A stretch of 46,197 nucleotides of DNA from a virus. Its lineage: Duplodnaviria > Caudoviricetes. The translations under genes were made by a program, and so were the position numbers. The DNA lies in the IMG/VR virus record IMGVR_UViG_3300012952_003062, positions 1-46,197 of that record; one strand, given 5' to 3'. The notes beneath the pieces are model-generated. The model searched no databases and was not told the DNA's origin. It worked only from the letters and a program-made list of their open reading frames with translations. Positions within the stretch are counted from its first letter, which is position 1, and each line of letters begins with the position of its first letter. Shown piece after piece: positions 40,325 through 46,197 of the stretch.

Positions 40325-40860
40325 CAGGATTCCTCCTTTCTCTGTTTTTCCTCTTGGAAAGCTTCTGCCCTATAAACCACTTCATTTACGTGCCTGTTCC
40401 ATAAATTTATATTTAAACTTAATCGTGAACCAGACTCATACTTAGTAACTCCATGAAGAACACCAGGAGCTAAAAAGACTACTTTTCCTGTCTCAGGAGT
40501 TATTTCTATTGTATTTTTAATTGCTAGATTTGCGCCTACTAAGTCCTTTACCTTTAAGTACAAAATAATACTGCATATGGGAAAATTTAAAACTCCGGTA
40601 TCTTGGTACATTTTTTCATCTTTATCATAATGCCACTCTGGTAGATCATAAAAAGAAGCATCATGAGTCCATTGCTCAAATCCTATTGCGGAAGAAATAT
40701 CTGTGAATTCTTTAACTTCCTCAAAAAGTCTAGTATGGTAAAAGTTAGATATAGGTAGATCATACCACTTACTGGTGAAAGGTACAAAAGTTTTTTCTTT
40801 GTATATTTTTTTAATCTCGTCTTCCGAGAAAAATTTATCTATGGTTTTCCAAATCTTCAT
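40318..40860 (-). CDS. 2OG-Fe(II) oxygenase
   Basis: WHYD (HxD), SIILYL, G..L, HGVT, R.S. Confidence 0.8.
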   Translation of the reverse strand: MKIWKTIDKFFSEDEIKKIYKEKTFVPFTSKWYDLPISNFYHTRLFEEVKEFTDISSAIGFEQWTHDASFYDLPEWHYDKDEKMYQDTGVLNFPICSIILYLKVKDLVGANLAIKNTIEITPETGKVVFLAPGVLHGVTKYESGSRLSLNINLWNRHVNEVVYRAEAFQEEKQRKEESWC

Positions 40861-41392
40861 TTTTTGTCCAAATCGTTACAGAATATTTTTCACCCGTTGA
40901 AAGGGCTGTACTACCGTGAATGTGAGTTATTTGTCCGGGCCAAAGTAATAAGTCTCCAGTACCAATATTTTTATTTGTAAACTTCTGTCGAGGAAAATAT
41001 AATTCTCCGCCAGTATAGGAATCATTAAGTTTTATACTGCCTGAGATAAAACTGTCGTCATGGTGCTGCTTTAATTCCCTTTGGGTGTCCAAAGAGTATC
41101 TAACTGCAAAGATGTTTTGAACAGTAATATTTTCAACTTCCCAATATCGACACGCTTTTGGAAAAATATCTTCATTTAATTTATAAGCTAAAAGATCGTA
41201 CCATTCTGGCAATTCTTTTTCAAAGTGTATATCTTGAGTAAAGTAAGGTTGTCTACGATTTCCTTTCCAAGAGTTTGCACTAGTGCAGGCGTTCTTTATA
41301 ATTTCTACGAACTCTTCTGTTAAGAACTTAGTCCAAAGTATGTCTTGACTTACGGCTACAAACTCAGTTCCATAAAATGCTTCATATGACAT
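40835..41392 (-). CDS. 2OG-Fe(II) oxygenase (prolyl/lysyl-hydroxylase-like)
   Basis: FAVRY...HHDDS, YTGGEL.F, HIHGS...G.KYS; start may be the internal ATG (MSYEAF). Confidence 0.85.
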   Translation of the reverse strand: MSYEAFYGTEFVAVSQDILWTKFLTEEFVEIIKNACTSANSWKGNRRQPYFTQDIHFEKELPEWYDLLAYKLNEDIFPKACRYWEVENITVQNIFAVRYSLDTQRELKQHHDDSFISGSIKLNDSYTGGELYFPRQKFTNKNIGTGDLLLWPGQITHIHGSTALSTGEKYSVTIWTKNEDLENHR

Positions 41393-42065
41393 TTACCATT
41401 CTCTGATAAAGTTTAGGTTCTGGAATATTAAGTTGCTTTCTTATATCATCTATTGGCTGCTCTAACATTGTTTCCCAATCCTGCTGAGGCAACCAAGCAG
41501 CTCGTTTGCCTGCCCTATACGCACTAAGGAATGCTTTAAATACTCCTGACCCTAGCTCTCTATAATGTTTAAAAGTTCCTCCTACTGCAATAAGTCCCAA
41601 TCCTCGATTTTTAGTTTGAGCATAAGTAAACCAAAGAAGGCAAACCTCCCCAAGAGTATCTCGACCATAGCCAGTCAATACATGCCAAAGATCATGTTGG
41701 TCTCTTATTCTTTTTCCATACGCTATAAGCTCTTCGGATTGGTTCTCTAATTCTGGGGGAACGTTCTCTTCGCTGGCTTCCACCAAACCGTCAGCAGTTA
41801 TCTTTTCTGATTGTACGAATGAGAGATAGGAACGCCCTAAACTACCAGGCGCATTTTGATTCAGTTTTTCTCTGTTTTGTAGGGTTTCTAGGAGCTCTCT
41901 TTTTTCCTCTATAATTTTTCTGCCTGTCTCCGTTAATTGAAAACGCTTAAAGCCTCTCACGAGAGAGTTTCCTGACATTGCTCTAACAATCGCAAAAACC
42001 TCTTCTGTGTTATCTGGATTCGCAAGAAATCTTTTTAACGCTTTTGCTGCTACTAAAGGTTTCAT
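41382..42065 (-). CDS. coq4: Coq4-family (ubiquinone biosynthesis) metalloprotein
   Basis: P.SLG..Y..F; R.RDQHDLWHVLTGYG....GE (HDxxH-x11-E); WE..LE.PI..IR..L.I; start refined to the ATG at 42065. Confidence 0.85.
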   Translation of the reverse strand: MKPLVAAKALKRFLANPDNTEEVFAIVRAMSGNSLVRGFKRFQLTETGRKIIEEKRELLETLQNREKLNQNAPGSLGRSYLSFVQSEKITADGLVEASEENVPPELENQSEELIAYGKRIRDQHDLWHVLTGYGRDTLGEVCLLWFTYAQTKNRGLGLIAVGGTFKHYRELGSGVFKAFLSAYRAGKRAAWLPQQDWETMLEQPIDDIRKQLNIPEPKLYQRMVNVI

Positions 42066-42625
42066 GTGACATTTTCCATTCTCTGCATGAGTCGTTCGGC
42101 GCGGTTTGTTACTTGAGTGTACCATAAAGAGTTCCTGCCTTCTCGAGCAGCTAATTTCCAATCTCCTTGGCCTAAAGCTTTGCCAAGATTTACAAATTTA
42201 GAAAGTCTAGGTCTGCCCATGTTAAACATCATGTTAACCATGACCTCCTGGACTTCATGAGGAAAACTGTCCCACCTGTCTCCGTATAAAGCGTAGCATT
42301 CTCGTACAGAGGTATCGAGGTCTTTTTCAAAACACTCTCTGACTCTTTCTTCTGAGACGGGTGTCCCTTCAGGTTTTCCGTGTTCTTCGTCCTCCTCTGT
42401 GATGAAGTGACCGACACCAAAGGTCGGATAACCGAGGTGGTCGTGATAGATTTCATACTCAACTCCTTCGTCAATTTTTAATTGGTCGTATACGGACTGT
42501 CTTTGTGTGGGAGTTAACCCAAACTCCTCATTTACAGGCTTGTACATTTTTCTCCTTGCCTCCTCTTCTAGGTCATGAACAGCAGCGATTCTTTCTTCTA
42601 ATTTTAATCGTGTTCTATGTTTCAT
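42062..42625 (-). CDS. T4-type lysozyme (GH24) endolysin with N-terminal extension
   Basis: DEG....IYHDHLGYPTFGVGH (E-x8-D-x5-T triad); NMMFNMG; S.WY.Q..NRA. Confidence 0.9.
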   Translation of the reverse strand: MKHRTRLKLEERIAAVHDLEEEARRKMYKPVNEEFGLTPTQRQSVYDQLKIDEGVEYEIYHDHLGYPTFGVGHFITEEDEEHGKPEGTPVSEERVRECFEKDLDTSVRECYALYGDRWDSFPHEVQEVMVNMMFNMGRPRLSKFVNLGKALGQGDWKLAAREGRNSLWYTQVTNRAERLMQRMENVT

Positions 42626-42631
42626 TTAAAT

Positions 42632-43045
42632 TTATTTTTCTCTTGCGATTCCTTTTCCTTTTTCATAAGATCTCATTGCTCCTAAACCCAACATACCCAT
42701 CAAAACGGGCATCATCGTGGCTAAATCTATTAGGGGTATTTCTATGTTATGTCCTAGTAAGGCTAGCACGAAGTTAGCCATAGGCACAATAATAAAGTTA
42801 CTTAGCATTCCCAAGCCGCAGATCCAACCTATTGCTGGACGCCATCCTGCTACAAATAAGGATTTGTGGGCAGCTTCCTGCTTATTTACCTCTACTTGTG
42901 CCATTATCTGCTCATGAGCTTGCTTATCTGCAAGAGTTGCTATATCATGAGCTAATTGATTCTTTTGATCTTTATCTTCAATGAACTTATCTAGTAATCC
43001 TGCGACAGGCCCTGCTAGGCCCGATACTAAACTTGCTATTGCCAT
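42632..43045 (-). CDS. Holin (3TM / GTA-type)
   Basis: N..EAAH.SLFVAGWRPAIGW...GMLGLGAMRSYEK; next to the lysozyme. Confidence 0.85.
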   Translation of the reverse strand: MAIASLVSGLAGPVAGLLDKFIEDKDQKNQLAHDIATLADKQAHEQIMAQVEVNKQEAAHKSLFVAGWRPAIGWICGLGMLSNFIIVPMANFVLALLGHNIEIPLIDLATMMPVLMGMLGLGAMRSYEKGKGIAREK

Positions 43046-43070
43046 AAGTTGTCCTCTTAAAATTAACTAT

Positions 43071-43098
43071 AAAGAGGCGGGTTTCCCCGCCCCCTCTC
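43071..43098 (-). terminator. Terminator-like hairpin after the hsp20 unit
   Basis: Minus strand GAGGGGGCGGGGAAACCCGCCTCTTT; the U-tract is short. Confidence 0.6.
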
Positions 43099-43103
43099 TA
43101 CAG

Positions 43104-43214
43104 TCAATTTCCTACTAAAGCAATGTATATTAGGGGGAGGAATAAGCATCCTTCCGCCACTATAACTTGTGTTAGTAAATCATCTCCTCGTAGAACGCGC
43201 TTTACGTGTTCCAT
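43104..43214 (-). CDS. Small hydrophobic peptide (36 aa), not in ORF track
   Basis: MEHVKRVLRGDDLLTQVIVAEGCLFLPLIYIALVGN between hsp20 and the hairpin. Confidence 0.4.
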   Translation of the reverse strand: MEHVKRVLRGDDLLTQVIVAEGCLFLPLIYIALVGN

Positions 43215-43223
43215 TTTGTTTCT

Positions 43224-43640
43224 CTACTCAATCGTAATGACCCGCGGTCTGTCTTCCTCAGGAACTTCTTCCTCAAGGTCGATGCATAATAGACCTTTGT
43301 TCATATAAGCTTTGTTGAGCTGAATATGTTTTCCTACTTCAAAAGTTCGAACAAATTCTTTTCCGCTCAGCCCCTTGTATATATACGACTCACTTACATC
43401 TTCCGTCTTTTGCTTACATAAACCTTTTACTGTTAATACATCCTTGAGGACGGAGATTTCTATATCCGCCTTGTTCCAGCCAGGAACCGCTATTTCTACG
43501 CGATAACCGGCGGAGGTTTTTACGATATTGTAACGTGGATACCCATTATCAACATTACGGTTTACAGTATTTTCAAAACGGTCAAAACCCAAAAAGAATT
43601 TTGGGAAGTCTGCCACATTCAATCTTGTTAGATTGTTCAT
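43224..43640 (-). CDS. Small heat-shock protein (Hsp20/IbpA family)
   Basis: LGFDR...YPRYNI...IAVPG...L.V.G...YIYKGL..F.R.F...GLL.I.L..P...PR.I.I. Confidence 0.93.
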   Translation of the reverse strand: MNNLTRLNVADFPKFFLGFDRFENTVNRNVDNGYPRYNIVKTSAGYRVEIAVPGWNKADIEISVLKDVLTVKGLCKQKTEDVSESYIYKGLSGKEFVRTFEVGKHIQLNKAYMNKGLLCIDLEEEVPEEDRPRVITIE

Positions 43641-43652
43641 TTTCTTCTCCTA

Positions 43653-43691
43653 GTGCCCTTTCGGTGCACACTGTGGGCCCTTTCGGCACCC
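43653..43691 (-). promoter_or_regulatory. Tandem bulged GAAA-tetraloop hairpins in the hsp20 5' UTR
   Basis: GGGU-G-CC-GAAA-GG-GCCC and GUGC-A-CC-GAAA-GG-GCAC immediately before the AGGAG SD. Confidence 0.7.
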
Positions 43692-43708
43692 TATTGTGAA
43701 GGCTACAC

Positions 43709-43939
43709 TTAGAATCTGTATAGCCGATAACCCCTTAAATGTTCGGTCATTTGTTTGACCTTCTTTACCGCCTCTGCTTCTGGTACAAGATAGCAATCTT
43801 GTGTTAGGCTACTACCCCTACTTTCACACCATTCTACCATTTTTAGCGGCCCTGTATAGCCAGTAGGTGATGTTCCTGCCATGCTGCAACCGGTAGAACA
43901 AATAAGAGAAAATATAATAAATATACTACTAATCTTCAT
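43709..43939 (-). CDS. Small lipoprotein
   Basis: MKISSIFIIFSLICSTG-C lipobox-like signal; GAGGAG SD. Confidence 0.55.
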   Translation of the reverse strand: MKISSIFIIFSLICSTGCSMAGTSPTGYTGPLKMVEWCESRGSSLTQDCYLVPEAEAVKKVKQMTEHLRGYRLYRF

Positions 43940-44090
43940 ATTCGAACTCCTCGTCATCGAACTCTATTAGTCCTTGTGATTGCAGGTAATTAAGACAGTT
44001 CTCAATACCTGCAGCGTGTCCCAACTTATAGCCTGTAATGCTAGAACCAGCAATACAAAATGCAAAAATTAATAGTAGTACTGGATCCAT
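43929..44090 (-). CDS. Small membrane protein (53 aa) with acidic tail, not in ORF track
   Basis: MDPVLLLIFAFCIAGSSITGYKLGHAAGIENCLNYLQSQGLIEFDDEEFEYED; AAGGAG SD; first gene after a promoter. Confidence 0.7.
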   Translation of the reverse strand: MDPVLLLIFAFCIAGSSITGYKLGHAAGIENCLNYLQSQGLIEFDDEEFEYED

Positions 44091-44142
44091 TTAAGTTCTC
44101 CTTTAAAAGCCGTATGTCGGGAATACATTTATTTCTCAGAGT

Positions 44143-44171
44143 ATTATACAGAATCTTGAAATAAATGTCAA
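44143..44171 (-). promoter_or_regulatory. sigma70 promoter (leftward member of a divergent pair)
   Basis: TTGACA-17-TATAAT. Confidence 0.88.
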
Positions 44172-44214
44172 GAACTTTTTTTCGATTGCTATAAGGAAGT
44201 GGTAAAAATAACTC

Positions 44215-44243
44215 TTGACTTTCGATGTTGTTTCCATTATAAT
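44215..44243 (+). promoter_or_regulatory. sigma70 promoter (rightward member of a divergent pair)
   Basis: TTGACT-17-TATAAT. Confidence 0.88.
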
Positions 44244-44266
44244 TATATCTGAGTCGGAGAATTTGG

Positions 44267-44452
44267 ATGAAATTATATTCAAAAAGACCTTGGTCGCACG
44301 AGGAACGGAAACTTCTTTCGAAGAAATACCATTTCTCAAGTGCGGAGGAATTACAGGTACTATTCCCAGATCGGTCTTACAATGCTTGTGTTAAGCAAGC
44401 AAAGTATCTAAAGGATAGAGGATGGGTATTCGACAAACCTTTACCACGTTAG
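44267..44452 (+). CDS. Myb/SANT-like HTH protein
   Basis: PWSHEE..LL......EEL...FP.RS..A....A..L pattern; GGAG SD. Confidence 0.6.
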   Translation: MKLYSKRPWSHEERKLLSKKYHFSSAEELQVLFPDRSYNACVKQAKYLKDRGWVFDKPLPR

Positions 44453-44889
44453 TTATGGGGCTATTATCGAGCAACTTATATGCTGCCCAAGATATAGAGA
44501 TATATGAAGAAGCGGAATGTCTAGCTCAGAACATATACTTTGAAGCCCGTAATCAGCCGTTAGTAGGAAAAATAGCTATTGGGAATGTAACTCTAAATAG
44601 AGTTAAGTCCGAGCATTATCCGAATACAATATGCGAGGTAATAAGACAAGGTACTGCACCTAAGTGCCAGTTTAGTTGGTGGTGTGACGGTAAATCCGAC
44701 ACTCCAACTGAGCCAGGCGAGATAGAAGAAGCGAGAGAAATTGCACTTAAAATATTAGCAAATACTTACTTTGATGTCACAGAAGGAGCACTTTGGTATC
44801 ATGCAGATTATATTATTAAGCCCTCGTGGGCTAGAAGATTAAAGGAAAAGGTACAAATAAATGACCACATCTTTTACACTACCAACTAA
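44422..44889 (+). CDS. SleB-like cell wall hydrolase (Hydrolase_2)
   Basis: CLAQNIYFEAR...V.LNRV....YPNTICEVI..CQFSW...GALWYHA...H.FY; N-terminal signal. Confidence 0.9.
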   Translation: MGIRQTFTTLVMGLLSSNLYAAQDIEIYEEAECLAQNIYFEARNQPLVGKIAIGNVTLNRVKSEHYPNTICEVIRQGTAPKCQFSWWCDGKSDTPTEPGEIEEAREIALKILANTYFDVTEGALWYHADYIIKPSWARRLKEKVQINDHIFYTTN

Positions 44890-45076
44890 TCCTGTTCAAT
44901 TAGAACTGGATTTCTCAGAAGCAGACATAGTGGATATAGAGCCAACAGATCAAGAATTAGAAGATCAAACTTGGCAAGAAGACTGGGACAGTGAACCAGA
45001 CGACAGATGGGCGGATGCCGAAGCACTTGCTTCTGCCGGATGGGGCACAGACGAGGACTATGGAGCGCATAATTGA
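44861..45076 (+). CDS. Highly acidic small protein
   Basis: QLELDF near the N-terminus; C-terminal DAEALASAGWGTDEDYG. Confidence 0.65.
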   Translation: MTTSFTLPTNPVQLELDFSEADIVDIEPTDQELEDQTWQEDWDSEPDDRWADAEALASAGWGTDEDYGAHN

Positions 45077-45273
45077 GAATAGCGGTACGTAATAATAACG
45101 TAAATAATGCTTTAAGAATACTAAAAAGAAAGACAAAAGATTCTTTGGTATCACTGAGAGATCGTGAATATTACGAAAAGAAAAGTACAAAACGTAACCG
45201 AGCGAAACAAGCTGCTCGAATAAGAGAACAAAGAAGGCAGAGAAATGAGACAAAACAACGTCACAAATTTTGA
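45073..45273 (+). CDS. rpsU: Ribosomal protein bS21
   Basis: VRNNNVNNALR.LKRK......LR.REYYEK.S.KR.R.K.AA..R; TTG start. Confidence 0.85.
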   Translation: MRIAVRNNNVNNALRILKRKTKDSLVSLRDREYYEKKSTKRNRAKQAARIREQRRQRNETKQRHKF

Positions 45274-45631
45274 GTTAGTAGGAGATTTTATGGAGGCGTT
45301 TGGTCAAGATGTTAATATCGATCCAACCCTTCGAGATAAGTACACTAGGGATTTAAGAGTAGATCTTATAGCGGAAGAGCTAGAAGAACTAGAATTAGCT
45401 ATGTCTAATAATGATATTGTTGAAGTAGCTGATGCACTAACAGATCTTCTCTATGTGGTTTATGGAGCAGGTCATGCTTTCGGCATAGATTTAGACGAGT
45501 GCTTCGGGGAAGTGCATGAAAGTAATATGTCTAAACTTGGCGAAGATGGTCGTCCTCTCTACAGAGAAGACGGTAAAGTATTAAAAGGGCCACATTACGC
45601 GCCCCCTGATTTAAAAAGGATTATCATATGA
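45245..45631 (+). CDS. MazG-like/DR2231-type NTP pyrophosphohydrolase
   Basis: LIAEELEEL...EVADALTDLLYVVYG...EVHESNMSK...DGKVLKGP. Confidence 0.85.
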   Translation: MRQNNVTNFELVGDFMEAFGQDVNIDPTLRDKYTRDLRVDLIAEELEELELAMSNNDIVEVADALTDLLYVVYGAGHAFGIDLDECFGEVHESNMSKLGEDGRPLYREDGKVLKGPHYAPPDLKRIII

Positions 45632-45819
45632 AAATGTCACATCATTTTACATTCACTAAATTTTGGCAGGATGGAGGGGATTTTAGCCTCTATTTGATAC
45701 CCTCTCTTATGTATGTAAGGGAGAAAATGCCATCAACCGTATGGAACACTATTGAAATTCACTTTCTAAGTATGAGTTATAGAATAGAGTTGGAGAGGGA
45801 CCTCTCTCCTAAATCGTAA
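45628..45819 (+). CDS. Hypothetical protein
   Basis: Coupled to both neighbours by ATGA and TAATG overlaps. Confidence 0.55.
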   Translation: MKMSHHFTFTKFWQDGGDFSLYLIPSLMYVREKMPSTVWNTIEIHFLSMSYRIELERDLSPKS

Positions 45820-46197
45820 TGTCATACTCAGAAAAGGTAATAGACCATTACGAAAATCCACGTAACGTAGGACGGTTTGAGGAAAACGCCGAAAATGTCG
45901 GAACTGGCATGGTTGGCGCACCGGCATGCGGGGACGTTATGCGATTGCAAATCCAGGTGGAAGAAGGGTATATTAAAGATGCTCGCTTTAAGACCTACGG
46001 ATGCGGAAGTGCTATTGCGTCCTCCTCCCTCCTAACAGAGTGGGTGAAGGGTAAGAGTTTAGATGCTGCTCAGGAAATTAAAAATGTAGAAATAGCAGAA
46101 GAACTCTCTTTACCTCCAGTCAAAATCCACTGCTCCGTACTTGCGGAAGATGCTATAAAAGCAGCGATACAAGATTACAGAGACAAAAATGATCAAT
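45819..46197 (+). CDS. iscU: Fe-S cluster scaffold IscU (stop codon falls just outside the window; not in ORF track)
   Basis: MSYSEKVIDHYENPRNVG...GAPACGDVMRLQ...FKTYGCGSAIASSS...LPPVKIHCSVLAEDAIKAA; three Cys ligands and the HscA-binding LPPVK motif. Confidence 0.95.
   Translation, partial: MSYSEKVIDHYENPRNVGRFEENAENVGTGMVGAPACGDVMRLQIQVEEGYIKDARFKTYGCGSAIASSSLLTEWVKGKSLDAAQEIKNVEIAEELSLPPVKIHCSVLAEDAIKAAIQDYRDKNDQ

Noticed and set aside
1-46197. CRISPR array, tRNAs, integrase, introns/inteins, stop-codon recoding
   Set aside because: No spaced repeats or cloverleafs were seen, core enzymes are of normal length and uninterrupted, and genes tile densely under the standard code

Overview
This AT-rich 46 kb window comes from a large lytic T5-like (Demerecviridae-type) phage. 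It is probably aquatic or marine with a gammaproteobacterial host, which is inferred from gene content. The left arm (+ strand, 1-13959) carries tail-fibre/adhesin genes, including a 3316-aa mosaic fibre. Next is a separately promoted cassette encoding a full-length TonB-dependent outer-membrane receptor and a peptide deformylase (14091-16798), closed by a bidirectional terminator. The middle (- strand, 16823-38224) is a T5-order replication block: D2, D3, PC4-like, split NAD+ ligase, D5, DnaB helicase, primase, family A polymerase, D10-D15, plus PhoH and class I RNR. The right part holds nucleotide-pool enzymes (DUF5664, ThyX, MazG/DR2231-like) and a holin-lysozyme pair coupled to a Coq4 / two 2OG-Fe(II) oxygenase / sulfotransferase-like cluster. 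It also holds Hsp20 with tandem 5'-UTR hairpins, SleB, ribosomal protein bS21 and an IscU missed by the ORF track. Nine near-perfect sigma70 promoters share an extended TCTTGACW-17-TATAAT signature. The most striking items are the phage-borne TonB-dependent receptor cassette, the wider iron-handling gene set, the Coq4 cluster and several structured RNA leaders. All assignments come from motif recognition by eye; no searches were run.
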